Shown here one piece after another: positions 7,689-20,226 of a stretch of DNA of 64,000 bases. The translations under genes were made by a program, and so were the position numbers. Where the stretch lies: assembly GCA_009859145.1 (NCBI GenBank), contig VRVR01000008.1:359957-423956 (forward strand), read 5' to 3'. The DNA comes from Andalucia godoyi And28 (Eukaryota; Protista; Jakobida). The notes under the pieces are model-generated. The model did not search any database. It worked only from the letters and a program-made list of their open reading frames with translations, and was not told where the DNA came from. Numbering within the stretch: position 1 is the stretch's first letter; each line of letters opens with the position of its first letter.

Positions 7689-10600
7689 TCACCGCGAATT
7701 CGTCGTTGTGCGGAAGTCTCGCAGTCCTTGGAGAAAGTCGTCGCCCAAAATGAACTTTAGATTGTACTTCAGGTAGAAAAGGTGTTTCTGGTGCTTGATA
7801 AGCAAGTCAATTCCCCCGAGCCAAGCATTCATGATATTCTCGTCCAAAACAAGGAAGTCCAGCGGCTTGTCCTTGGTGACGATGACGAACACGAAGCCGA
7901 GAAGCGCAGTCCCATCCGCCGACTTTGGCCGCAGGTCAGAGGCACCCTTTTTTTCAAATATCTTCACAATGTGATCGATCCGAATATACGACTCCGGGAC
8001 TTTTTTGGACGGATCACGGATCTCGAGACGCGTCAGATCCGAAGAGACGGAAAGAACCCGCTCTTGCACAGGAAGGACGGACCCTTCCAGCATCATGTAT
8101 TGAGAACGCTTGGCGGGAGGGACCGAGGAGATGGACGTCGGTGTCGCAGACGAAGCAACCGATGATCCTGATCCTGATCCCGATCCCGATCCCGGACCAT
8201 TCACCGTTCTCTTAAACACCAACAAACCTTCAAGCATGTCGACTAGCAATGTCTGCAGATTCTCCAAGTCATGCAACGACAGAGGATCTGCATACGGACC
8301 GAATACACGTCGGTCCGCAATCTGAGCAGCATGGACCGTGATGCGGCGTTCGTTATTGCCAACAAAGCGCCCCACAACAGATCGTCCTGAACTCGCAGTT
8401 ATCACAGGGGCGGACGAGGAGAACATCTTTTCGACCATCTTCGAGTGCTGATCCTCCTTCAATGACTTCTGCGACGAAGGAACAGGACTTTCGTCAAAGT
8501 CATCCAGGTGCAGTGCAAGGTTCGACGAGGATCTTCGTGCCACAGTTTCGGTCCTCGATGCAGATGAAGACACATCGGACCCACGTTTCGAGAAGGGCAG
8601 GCGAGAGAGCCCCCCATCCGCGGAGGCGTCGTTTCTCGGAGAAGTTGGAGCAGAACCGCGGACAGAGCCAGTTTCTGACGATCGCTCCAGCCATTCCTCT
8701 TCGTGCGCAAGTTCCTGCTCCAGTCTTTGAACCTGAGCCTGTAATTCTGACCGTTTCTTCGAGGTGGCACGCAGCAAGGTCTTCCGTTGCTGATCTTTGA
8801 CTTGCTCATCCTGCTCAAGATCTTTGCTGAAGGACTCAACAGCCTTGTCCAGCTCTTTTCTCTTATCTCGAATTTCGGCTTCACGTCGGTCAACTTTTGC
8901 TTGTGCAGCATGAAGTCTGCCCTCAAACTGCTTTCGGAGCTCCTCCATTCGAGACTCTGCACCACGAACTTGCTCTTTTGCTTCCCGTAGCTTGTTCTGG
9001 ATCTTGGAAAACTCCTTCTCCACAAGACTGGCCCGTTCAACCGCGTCCTTATACTGCGACTCGAGAGCAGCCAAAGAACGTCCCGCATCGAGCTGGAACT
9101 TGCGAATTTCTTCTTCAATGGCAAACTTTTCTTTCGTCAATGCGTCCTCTCTGTCAGATCGTTCACCAGGGGTACGCTGTTTCCTGTCCCCCAATCGAGT
9201 TTCCTCTGCAACGACTACCTGGTACTGCGACTCATACTGCTGCAACTGCAAAACCAAAGATTGCTGCTGAGTCCTCGCTTCCTCTGCAGCTTGGACAAAC
9301 AGCTCGCGATCGCGCTTCCAGGAGTTCCAAATGTCAATGCGTCTTTCGTGAATTCGCTTCAAATGGCCGTGAAAACGCGTGCGCAGGTGCGACAATTCCT
9401 CCACAAACGAATCCATTTCCTTCTTGGAAACTTCAACCAACCGCGGAACTTCGTCGTACAAGCGCCGGCGCACTTGTTGGAAGTACTTTTGCCGCTCGGT
9501 TACTTGTTGACGGTAAATCCCAACCACGCGCTCCATATGCTGCTGAATAAGGATTTCTGCTTGTGCCTCGCCGTGTGACTTTCTCCAGGTATCAAACGTA
9601 GACAAATACTGTCGACGGTACTTATCCATCGCGTCCCGTTCAACCTGCGACAGCCGTACATCCAGAGATGCAGTCGCGATTCTCCTTGCTTCTTCCATTG
9701 CTCTATTCTGCTCCACCATCGACGCCCACTCTTGTTGTATCTTCTTTCGCTTCTCCAGCAAGACTGCCAGCTGAGCCTCAATTTGTGCAACATAGGCAGA
9801 AAATGCATCCAATCGGGCTTTCTCAGAAGTTACCTGCAGTTTCCACTCCTCTTCAAGACGGTACAGCGAACTTGCGGAGTGATTCTCAGAACGGCCATCC
9901 GGATGGAACGCCGCCTCCATCTCGTACAGCTTGGATTTTTCTTGCTCAAAGCGTGCATGCTGCGCAGCACGTTGCACAGCGACTTGCGTTGCCTCGGCAG
10001 CATTCTCCTCAGCAGCATGGGATCTCCAGCGATCCATGAGTCTCATCTTTGCCTCGTGGTCCAAAATGGACTCCTGCATTTGCCGCAGCAGCATCTTTTC
10101 CTCGCCGCAGAACGACTCCCATTGATCCACAGCTCGCAAAGCAGACGCAGAGGACGAAGCAGAAGGTGAGTGGCTGCCTCCCTGTGAGGCACTCGAATGT
10201 GACCCTTGTTGTTGTTGTTGTTGCTGCTGCTGCTGCAGGTTGTCCACATGCGGCGCAAGCAACCGAATTTCGGACTCAATGGCCTCCGCTTCCAACGCCA
10301 GCCATTCCGCCTGGAAAGACGCCAAGGACATTGATGCGTAGCCAATATCGTTGAAGCGATCATCAATGGTTGATTCTGAAATGTGATTGTTCAAGAGGGT
10401 TTGATCGTCTACCTGTTGCATATGCAAGAGCCGAGCTTCCTCCGACAGACGGACCACGGATGTTTGCAGTTCTTTCAGCTCGGACTCAACTTGCTGCTGC
10501 CGATCGACATCAATGGTCCCTTCTGCAGAGTACGTCGAGAGAACTTCTTGCATTTGATTCTGCTTCTGCACCAGTGCCTCCTGCTCGGCAGCGAGGAGAG

Positions 10601-12587
10601 ACCGAACCCGGTTCCGCTGCTGGACAAGACCTTCACAATGTTCCTGAAGTCTTGTCAGCCACGACCTTCGCCGTTCTCGGAGGGTTTTTGACGACTGCAT
10701 GTCACCTTGAGAGAGGCCGAAGAAAGAAACCAGCTGCGCATATAGTCCTTTCCTGTTTGATACTGCACTTCGCAGATTGCCCTGGCTGATTCTGTAGTCA
10801 TTCTTCCAGGACGAATCATACTTCTTCTGTTCCGCATCCACCCACCGTTCCTGCTTCAACAATACGCTGAATCTCATCTTCTCCCGAGCATCGCTGGCTT
10901 TCAACTGCTCCGAAAGCTCTGACACCTTTTGCTGCTGTGCCGAAAGGTCCTCTTGGCGAACGGCAACCATCACTTCCCCATATGCACGGTCTTGGGTAAG
11001 CTTCAATCGAGATTCCTGGTACTGGCTCTGCCGGTGCGTGAAGTTTGATTTGCGTTCTTCATTCTCCAATGCTCGTCTTTTCAAGTCATTACGCAGTGTC
11101 TCCATTTGGCTGTCGAGCTGTTTTCGCTGAGAACCGAGTGCGTCTTCCTTTGCCATCATGGAGGCAGAGCGGGCTTCCCAATCTAAAATTTCGCCAGCAG
11201 ACTCCCACTCGACAGAATATTCCCGTGCATATTGATTGATCTTTCGCTGCAGCTCGGACTGCTCTTCCATCAAAGAATCGTGGTTCTTCCGTGCAGCTTT
11301 GAGTTTCTGCTGCAACTCTCGATACGACTGCCTATCAAGCACCAGTTGTGCATCGCCGTCTGACAGCAAATATGCCGTCCATAGTTCGTCATCGTTTTCA
11401 TCAATGGTCTCGAGACCAGAAGAACTTGCAGAGTCGTCAACATCTGCGAATTTCGGTTTCTTCGACTCGTGGCTTTCCATTGCTTCTTGTGCTTCTTGCA
11501 CAGACAGTCCAGATCTCTTGACTGCTGCCCTCAGCTTGCTAATTTCACTCTCCAGTTTTCGACGTTCGCGTTCCAGCTTCGCTCTTTCGTCCGAGTGCCG
11601 TCGTTCGGACTCCAAAGCATCTCTCTGGAGGGCAGCAAGATCACCCTCGACTTTCCTTTTGCTTGAAACAAGTCGCTTCTCCTCGCGGTCTCTTTCACCA
11701 AGTTTGGTCTTCAACGAGAATTCGGCTTCCGCGCGGATGTGCATCACATGCTTGTACTGCGCTTCCACTTGACCGTGCTCATTCATGATATCCTCAACTG
11801 CAGCACGCTTCTCTGCAGCGAGCCGAGAACACTCAACGTCAGAAGTGTGCCATTCATGTTCAATCTCTGCACACTTTCTCCTGAGCACCGCCAATCCCTC
11901 TTCCATTCTTCGCAACTCGGAAACAGAATCCAATTGCCACTTTTCAAACCGCACTCGACGCTTCTCCTTGTCTGCTTCGTCCTGTGCAGAGAGGGATTTG
12001 ACAGTTTGTGCAACACCGCGAGCAGCCGCAACTTCATGCGACCGCAGCGTCTCCAAGTGCTGTCTCTGTCGCTCCACCTTCATGGACAGCTCTGCTGCGC
12101 GGATAGTCGTTTCCTTGTTTTGCAGCTTTGCAGATTCCCTCAATTTATGCTGACGGATCCGCTCCAATGCCTTCTGACGATCCTCCGCAGTGCTTCCTCT
12201 GGCCGACATCGTATGCCCTTCGCCGACTGATACATTGGGAGACAACAAACGTGCCGAGATGCCCGGCGCGCCGCCTTGCTTTGCATTTGACGACGACGAA
12301 ATCTGCTTGAGCTCAAGCTTGGGAACGGCTGGGCGCCTTGTTGCAGATCCAGCAGATATCGGCCTCTTGCTCTTGTCCTCTGATGCGTTTGGAACGACCG
12401 CAACACCACTACTCCCCGAAAACGACGAAGCCGAGACACTCAACGCGCCCTGTTCGTTATTGTACACGGGTTGCCGCGATACCTGCATTTCGGCATTCGA
12501 CGCAGAAAAAGGTCGGTTCAGAGCGCTCCCTGGAACCGAAGCGTCATTGCTGGATCGCAGCTTTGCAAGTTGTTTCGCTCTTTCCAA
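7689..12587 (-). CDS. Large coiled-coil protein with a C-terminal PH-like domain
   Basis: 1632-aa ORF dominated by heptads. The C-terminal segment ERVLSVSSDLTRLEI...YIRIDHIVKI...FVIVTKDKPLDFLVLDENIMNAWLGGIDLL fits a PH fold ending in the Trp helix. Confidence 0.8.
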   Translation of the reverse strand: MERAKQLAKLRSSNDASVPGSALNRPFSASNAEMQVSRQPVYNNEQGALSVSASSFSGSSGVAVVPNASEDKSKRPISAGSATRRPAVPKLELKQISSSSNAKQGGAPGISARLLSPNVSVGEGHTMSARGSTAEDRQKALERIRQHKLRESAKLQNKETTIRAAELSMKVERQRQHLETLRSHEVAAARGVAQTVKSLSAQDEADKEKRRVRFEKWQLDSVSELRRMEEGLAVLRRKCAEIEHEWHTSDVECSRLAAEKRAAVEDIMNEHGQVEAQYKHVMHIRAEAEFSLKTKLGERDREEKRLVSSKRKVEGDLAALQRDALESERRHSDERAKLERERRKLESEISKLRAAVKRSGLSVQEAQEAMESHESKKPKFADVDDSASSSGLETIDENDDELWTAYLLSDGDAQLVLDRQSYRELQQKLKAARKNHDSLMEEQSELQRKINQYAREYSVEWESAGEILDWEARSASMMAKEDALGSQRKQLDSQMETLRNDLKRRALENEERKSNFTHRQSQYQESRLKLTQDRAYGEVMVAVRQEDLSAQQQKVSELSEQLKASDAREKMRFSVLLKQERWVDAEQKKYDSSWKNDYRISQGNLRSAVSNRKGLYAQLVSFFGLSQGDMQSSKTLRERRRSWLTRLQEHCEGLVQQRNRVRSLLAAEQEALVQKQNQMQEVLSTYSAEGTIDVDRQQQVESELKELQTSVVRLSEEARLLHMQQVDDQTLLNNHISESTIDDRFNDIGYASMSLASFQAEWLALEAEAIESEIRLLAPHVDNLQQQQQQQQQQGSHSSASQGGSHSPSASSSASALRAVDQWESFCGEEKMLLRQMQESILDHEAKMRLMDRWRSHAAEENAAEATQVAVQRAAQHARFEQEKSKLYEMEAAFHPDGRSENHSASSLYRLEEEWKLQVTSEKARLDAFSAYVAQIEAQLAVLLEKRKKIQQEWASMVEQNRAMEEARRIATASLDVRLSQVERDAMDKYRRQYLSTFDTWRKSHGEAQAEILIQQHMERVVGIYRQQVTERQKYFQQVRRRLYDEVPRLVEVSKKEMDSFVEELSHLRTRFHGHLKRIHERRIDIWNSWKRDRELFVQAAEEARTQQQSLVLQLQQYESQYQVVVAEETRLGDRKQRTPGERSDREDALTKEKFAIEEEIRKFQLDAGRSLAALESQYKDAVERASLVEKEFSKIQNKLREAKEQVRGAESRMEELRKQFEGRLHAAQAKVDRREAEIRDKRKELDKAVESFSKDLEQDEQVKDQQRKTLLRATSKKRSELQAQVQRLEQELAHEEEWLERSSETGSVRGSAPTSPRNDASADGGLSRLPFSKRGSDVSSSASRTETVARRSSSNLALHLDDFDESPVPSSQKSLKEDQHSKMVEKMFSSSAPVITASSGRSVVGRFVGNNERRITVHAAQIADRRVFGPYADPLSLHDLENLQTLLVDMLEGLLVFKRTVNGPGSGSGSGSGSSVASSATPTSISSVPPAKRSQYMMLEGSVLPVQERVLSVSSDLTRLEIRDPSKKVPESYIRIDHIVKIFEKKGASDLRPKSADGTALLGFVFVIVTKDKPLDFLVLDENIMNAWLGGIDLLIKHQKHLFYLKYNLKFILGDDFLQGLRDFRTTTNSR

Positions 12588-12732
12588 AAGTCTCTAAACC
12601 CATTACTCATCACAACAGTAAAGCCAGCATACGAAAAAGACACACACACCCACACAAAGAGAAAACAGCAATAACAAACAACGTTAGTCCATCCAGAAAC
12701 AAAATCAATCGAGGAAAGCAACAATAAAGAAA

Positions 12733-12770
12733 GATGGATAGATGGATAGATAGATAGATGGATAGATGGA
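12733..12770. repeat. ATGG/ATAG tetranucleotide microsatellite
   Basis: gatggatagatggatagatagatagatggatagatgga read directly. Confidence 0.85.
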
Positions 12771-13340
12771 GAGAGGTCCGGAAATGAGAAAAAGGATAGG
12801 AAAAAAGCATGCCTTTCGGATATCATCTGTGGATTCCGACTGCGACTCTGTTTGGATTCCGTCTCGGTTCATTGCACGGGAAACTATACGGGTAAGTGAA
12901 TAATTACGAATTGTCCAAAAAACAATAATTAATTTATAATTATTATTTTCCTGCGTTAAAACAAAATTTAAAATAAAATAAAATAAGTACGATAATTGGA
13001 AAGCCAAAAAATTTGGGAGAGAATAAGAAATTCCACAGCTTTTGCAGAAAAGCAATGAAAGACGGGGACGAGGTCGGACCTCTCAACTCGGGAAGGCAAA
13101 AGAAACAGCAGTTTGTGGCGCACTAAGAATTTTGCATCAATTGATGCTTTCGAAACCGACACCTTTTTGGTCCTTTGGTTTTTATCGTTATTTTCTTCTC
13201 GACAAGCCGTAGTAAAAAAACCAGATATGACAGTTCAGTTCGTCAGTTAGTTTGTTAATCAGTTGTGTTTGTGAGGGATAAGGTGGAATAGAGAAAAGAA
13301 AAGAAAAGAAAGAAAAGAAAAGAAGGAAGGAAACATAAGA

Positions 13341-14855
13341 ATGTCCAAGCCGACCTTGAACAGTGCCGGTCCTGTGGCGAATGCGTCGTCGGGTGCGTCG
13401 CAATCGGTGCCTTCGAAGGACTTTGAGAAGCGAGTCAAGGAGCTGGAGACGGAGCGCGAGTTGAATTTCTATTATGTGGATAACCTAAAGAAGCGGTATG
13501 AAGACGAGCTTTCTGAACTCCAAAATCAGCTTAAAGAGTCGAATGCCAAGCGGGTTGCAATGAATGAGAGGCTTGAGAGAGTGAAGATGGTGGAGTCTGC
13601 AATCTTTGCAATGTATATGGAAAATGTGGTTCCGGTTCAGACAGCGCGTCGTCAGTTGCAGGAGGGAGAGAACCCAATGGTCATGCTTGACCAGCTTCGG
13701 GCATACATCCGATCTCTGCAGTCGTTCCAAGACGACTTTGAAAACGAGCTTAAGAGCCGCATCGAAAAGCGCAGAAACGAGACCGAGGAAGAGCTGCAAA
13801 CGACGAAGTCCAGGCTGAGTCATTTGGAAAACATGATTTCGATGATCACACATCAAAAACAGTCTGCGGAGGCCGAGCGAGACCAGGCGTTGGAGGAGAA
13901 GGAGAAGGTGGAGACGGAGGCCAAGAAGATGTTTGATGCCATGAAGGATGATCAGCTGAAGTTGGTGGCGTTGCTGCGTGAACAAGAGAAGGAAATGGAC
14001 GAGTTGCATCAATCCGTAGACCGTCGAGACCAGATCTTGCGACACAAGGAGATGAAGCTGATGAGGATAACACAGCTTGAATCCGAGATCTCGCGCAATC
14101 GAGCGCGACACCAGTTTGATCTCAACCAAATGCGAGCACAAAGCATGAAGGCTGTCAAGGTGTATGATCGAGAAATGTCTGCTGCAAACAAGATTGATGC
14201 AGAGAAACGCGCCCTCGAAGAAAAACTGCGTAGAGCCGAGATGCAGCTGAATGCATTCAAGAATGATGCGAACCGTACGCGTGCCGCAGAGCTCGAGCGG
14301 AAGGTGGAAAAGACAGAGCTGATGCTGAAGACAAAGGAACAGGAGTGCCGCAAAGCCAGCGAGGAACTGTCACAGAATAAGCAGAGAGTGCAAGAGCTGG
14401 AGAGACGAGTGGTTGCCATGAAGCTCGAATACGATAAGATCTTCCTCGCCGCAGAGCGCGAACGGAGAGCAAAGCGGTCCGTAGGATTTTCTTCGGGTTC
14501 CTTTGGTTCCATGGGCGGAGTCACGAGTGCCATGGACTTCTCTGACGATCCCGCTCTCGCAGCTGCAACTGCTTCGTCGGGTGCAATGGCTGGCGTCGTT
14601 TCGGTGTCTGGGAGCCAGATGCAACCAGATCAGGAATCGCTGCATTTTTATCGCCAGAAGCTCAAAGAGCGTGACCGCGAAATCGCAGACTTGTCTCGAA
14701 AGATAAAGCGCATGCTCTCGCTTGAAAAGGATTCAAAGGGAGATGTGCTTTCATCAAAGTCATCGTCTTCGCCCAGTCATCGACCTTCGGTGTTCAACAG
14801 TCCTACAATCCGCCAAGGCCGGGAGGCCGACGCAGACGCCGACGCATTGGACTGA
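13341..14855 (+). CDS. Coiled-coil protein of unknown function
   Basis: 504-aa ORF with heptad periodicity, flanked by AT-rich spacers. Confidence 0.8.
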   Translation: MSKPTLNSAGPVANASSGASQSVPSKDFEKRVKELETERELNFYYVDNLKKRYEDELSELQNQLKESNAKRVAMNERLERVKMVESAIFAMYMENVVPVQTARRQLQEGENPMVMLDQLRAYIRSLQSFQDDFENELKSRIEKRRNETEEELQTTKSRLSHLENMISMITHQKQSAEAERDQALEEKEKVETEAKKMFDAMKDDQLKLVALLREQEKEMDELHQSVDRRDQILRHKEMKLMRITQLESEISRNRARHQFDLNQMRAQSMKAVKVYDREMSAANKIDAEKRALEEKLRRAEMQLNAFKNDANRTRAAELERKVEKTELMLKTKEQECRKASEELSQNKQRVQELERRVVAMKLEYDKIFLAAERERRAKRSVGFSSGSFGSMGGVTSAMDFSDDPALAAATASSGAMAGVVSVSGSQMQPDQESLHFYRQKLKERDREIADLSRKIKRMLSLEKDSKGDVLSSKSSSSPSHRPSVFNSPTIRQGREADADADALD

Positions 14856-15037
14856 GCATGCTCAGTATTTTGGTTTGTTTTTTAATTTTTGTCTTTCTGT
14901 TTTGGTTTTCATTTTTGTCGCCGATCAAGGCGAAACCTGGCTGCGCAGCTGTCGAGTCAAACTGGAAGGGGGAAGGGAAGTGGATTTAAGTTATGATTAA
15001 AATTTAAAAAAGTGAAAACACAACAAAAACACATCTG

Positions 15038-16495
15038 CTACGTCTCTGGCCAGCTGCTTGAAGCTTCAGGAATGTTGAACACGCGCCGCAGATGCGAGTT
15101 GAGGAAGATCCCGTGCGGATCGAGTTGCTGGCGTGCAGTCTTGAATCCATCCCAGTTCGCCGCGCCGTACATTCTTCGAAACTGTTCCCCGCGAGCACGA
15201 TACAGTTTCGCCCAGTGAGGTCTGCCGTCAAATGACAGCATCATATCTTCAAAGGCGTCAAAAAACGGTCTGTACTCAACATCCTTCATGAAAGGTCTGT
15301 AAGCAATGATGCCGATCAAGCAAGTATCTCGACCGCTACACATGCTGAGTGGAATATCGTCGCCCTTGACGAATCGAACCTCGATTGGAAAATGCGCCTT
15401 GAATCCGCGCTCCACTATCATTCTCCGAAGAGTTTTCATGGCCTCAGCACACCTCTCAAATGGAATCGCCCATTCTGCAACGTATTGCCGAAACAAACAA
15501 TCAAAATTGAAAATTCGGAATGAGTCATCGATGCGCTCCCGTTTGCGCCGAAACAGTGTGTACGCATACAACCGGTTGATCCAGGGAACGAGCGCAGGAA
15601 AGATTCTTGAAACGTACAACAGCATTTCAAGAAAATGGTAACCGAACGCTCGATCCCGCAGCAGTCGTCCCGCGACAAACAGGGGAGACGACGACGGTCT
15701 TTTGGGAGAAACCATGGTCCGGTTGCACTCCAGAATCTCGCACATGTTCGTGTGTGGAAACCACCAAACTCTCCAGTGTTCCGCAGAGCGTGCAGCTTGC
15801 GGTAAACTGCTCAGCACATCCTCGAAGGTCTTGGAATACCGCACTTCATGCAGACGAAACGCCCGTTCCACTTGCATTGTTGCCGTGATGATGATGCCTA
15901 GCGCACCCAAGCTGACTCGAGCATAATCAAACAGCGCCGCGTTCTCCGATTTTGAGCATCGCAAGATGGTTCCGTCCGCAGTCAGCAGTTCCAACTCCAC
16001 AATCTGCGACGCAATGCACCCAAACCGCGCTCCCGTACCGTGCGTTCCCGTCGCAATTGCGCCCGAGATCGACTGTTCAGAGATAGCACCGAGATTTGAA
16101 ATTGCAAGACCGTTCTTCAACAATTCCGCATTCAGTGTCCTCAGTCTGCATCCTCCTTCGCACTTGACCAGTCCTCGATCCACGTGGATCTCGAGAATTC
16201 GCGATACCTTGTCGAGCGAAACCATGTGTCCGGTGGTGAGCGCAATTTCGTTTGGCGAATGCCCGGCACCGACGACTTTGACACTTTCTTTCCTGCCTGC
16301 AGCATACCTAACAATCGAAATAAGCTCTAATACGGATGACGGTTGGTGGTAATACGCAGGCACACACCCCGCAGTCTGTGCCCAGTTGCGCCACTTCACA
16401 CGATTTGGCGGATACGGCAAAACCGCGGTGGACGATGAGTCGTGCGCAATCGTGCCTGCAGTCAAGTGCGATGCTAGCACCGTTGCCCGATTCAT
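15038..16495 (-). CDS. GULO: L-gulono-1,4-lactone / D-arabinono-1,4-lactone oxidase (VAO/PCMH flavoprotein)
   Basis: NWA, VGAGHSP (covalent FAD His), LGAISEQSISGAIATGTHG, RVSLGALGI, FP.EVRF and GRPHWAK. The true start is probably MNRATVLASHL at 16495; the ORF-track extension upstream is a (GT)n repeat. Confidence 0.92.
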   Translation of the reverse strand: MNRATVLASHLTAGTIAHDSSSTAVLPYPPNRVKWRNWAQTAGCVPAYYHQPSSVLELISIVRYAAGRKESVKVVGAGHSPNEIALTTGHMVSLDKVSRILEIHVDRGLVKCEGGCRLRTLNAELLKNGLAISNLGAISEQSISGAIATGTHGTGARFGCIASQIVELELLTADGTILRCSKSENAALFDYARVSLGALGIIITATMQVERAFRLHEVRYSKTFEDVLSSLPQAARSAEHWRVWWFPHTNMCEILECNRTMVSPKRPSSSPLFVAGRLLRDRAFGYHFLEMLLYVSRIFPALVPWINRLYAYTLFRRKRERIDDSFRIFNFDCLFRQYVAEWAIPFERCAEAMKTLRRMIVERGFKAHFPIEVRFVKGDDIPLSMCSGRDTCLIGIIAYRPFMKDVEYRPFFDAFEDMMLSFDGRPHWAKLYRARGEQFRRMYGAANWDGFKTARQQLDPHGIFLNSHLRRVFNIPEASSSWPET

Positions 16496-16561
16496 GATCA
16501 GCACAGCGTCTTTGGCTCTCGGTTCTCGGCTCTCGCTAAAAGATGCACAGAATCTAAATAG

Positions 16562-16595
<34 letters not shown>

Positions 16596-16705
16596 CGGAA
16601 GCAAGATATTATGCGTTTTTAATTTAAATTCTTAAAAAAAAATAGAAAATAGTAAAACACCTTTATGTTGTTGAACGACAACGAATCGACGGCGGTACAG
16701 TCATT

Positions 16706-17608
16706 TCATACCGGAACGTAGACGGACTTCTTGCGCTTGATGAGCATGTAGACGAATGCGGATACGATGCACAGCCCGAGCAGCGATCCAAAGACGACTG
16801 TCAGGACTTTGTACGAATCGCACTTACCGCAAGTGCTGTGACTATCATCGCCGTTGTCGGACAGCTTTGGGGACGCCCAATAGTCGAGGACGATGACACC
16901 GTTGGCCCCGCCATTCAAAATAGGTCCCACAAACGCCTTGAATGCTTGATGATGCGGTTCGACAAAGACGTAATTGTCTCGATCTGCCTGTGACGTAAAC
17001 GTCACTTCAAACCCATGCGAGAAGTTTCCGCTGAGTCCTTCCGGCGAGTTGTTGACTCCAGACGCAAGGTTTTGACAATATGCAACTTCTGTTCGGAGTG
17101 CACGGAACAAGCCAGTTGTCTGCTGCACCACCGTCGCAAGCGCGTCTGGCCGATAGTCAAACAAGACAATGTGCCGGAGAAGCTGGTTGTCGTTGGATGC
17201 GTAATCGGCAGCTGAGTTAACTGGGTCTGCATAGTCGGCCCACATGTCAAAGAGAAACACATTCGACACGATCGTCAGCGCATACGCTTTAAACGCCAGA
17301 TGGTGCGGATCATGGAATGCGTAGAAGTCGCGATCCGCAGTCGAGGAGAATACGACTCGGAAGACATGCGTGAACGACTTGTTCAGTCCCTCTGGAGAGT
17401 TGTTGATTCCGTTTTCGAACGCCAAAACATATGGAATCTGGTTCTTCAGATCGCGGAACTTGTCCACGACGCTCTGTATGGAATCGGGCGACGTAGACGC
17501 ACTGAACGAGAAGAACACAAAGTGATGCAATGCAAGCATTGCGCTCGATGTCTGCAAGAAGACCGCAAAGAACACCAGCGCCGCAGCAACTGCTGCAAAA
17601 CACCTCAT
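16706..17608 (-). CDS. Signal peptide plus two Dabb (stress-responsive A/B barrel) domains plus C-terminal TM
   Basis: Two copies of H.V.F...G.NNSPEGL...F.H.F...F....DRD.Y...P.H.AFK. Hydrophobic N-terminus from ATG 17608; TM VLTVVFGSLLGLCIVSAFVYMLI followed by a basic tail ending YVPV. Confidence 0.85.
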   Translation of the reverse strand: MRCFAAVAAALVFFAVFLQTSSAMLALHHFVFFSFSASTSPDSIQSVVDKFRDLKNQIPYVLAFENGINNSPEGLNKSFTHVFRVVFSSTADRDFYAFHDPHHLAFKAYALTIVSNVFLFDMWADYADPVNSAADYASNDNQLLRHIVLFDYRPDALATVVQQTTGLFRALRTEVAYCQNLASGVNNSPEGLSGNFSHGFEVTFTSQADRDNYVFVEPHHQAFKAFVGPILNGGANGVIVLDYWASPKLSDNGDDSHSTCGKCDSYKVLTVVFGSLLGLCIVSAFVYMLIKRKKSVYVPV

Positions 17609-17946
17609 GATCCTGCAGTAGCTCTCGTGAGTTTTTGCGAATGCAGCACGAGGGATGCACAAACAAAAAAATAAAAAAACAAAAACGGAAAAACAAAAAC
17701 GAAAAAAAAAAAACTGCAAGTCGTCGAGGCAGAAACGATAACGGGGAAGAGAGGAACAGAAACGCAGCTTGTGGAAAGAAGAACGAAGGTAGGAGACAAG
17801 AGTTGGAATCGCTTGTTCTGAACAACAAGATTCTTTTTAATTAAAACATGGAGGGACTGGAAAAGAGAAGAAGGGAGAGAAAGAAAGTAAGAAAAAAGAA
17901 CGCAAACTATGAAACGCACAACTGGGAAAACGAGAGTCCAGAAAGA

Positions 17947-19704
<1,758 letters not shown>

Positions 19705-20226
19705 TCAGAGATGTCCCCAAATTAAAGAAAGAATGAAAGAAAAGGAAATTAATAAAACATCCAAACAAATAAAAAACCATTTAATGATTCCGGAAAGTCG
19801 ACGAGTCTTTGAATAACAAAAAGCATCATTGCAATTGGAAACCGCGTCTGTCTGTGCTTGGAGAAGAGGACCGGCGGTTGCATCACGTGAGTCCACCTTT
19901 TGGCCTCACCCGGTCTCCTTCAGCATTGTCTTTTTCCGCCAGCTGGCAGCTGTCAGTCCCCCAGTGACACTTGTGTGTGTGTGTGTGTGTGTGTGTGTGT
20001 CATTGCTGCAGATCCCAATGACGCTTTTTGCATTAACTCAGTATGAGAAGCAGCCTTTCCCCCATCTTTGCATTCGATGATTATGTTTTAAATAATAAAT
20101 ATTATTGGTTTTGGTTTTGTTGGTTTTGTTTTTCCCCTTTCACTTTTGCAGGTTGTTTTTCGTTTTTGATTCGTATTCTCTCTTTTGCAGTCCGGTTGGA
20201 TCGTTGAAGGGCATACTGTGTTCACC

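Noticed and set aside
16496-16591. ORF-track N-terminal extensions (MCVCVCV..., also 17609-17719, 47788-48021, 36326-36370)
   Set aside because: They are translations of microsatellite or poly-T UTR and intron sequence; downstream ATGs give proper targeting peptides or family starts.
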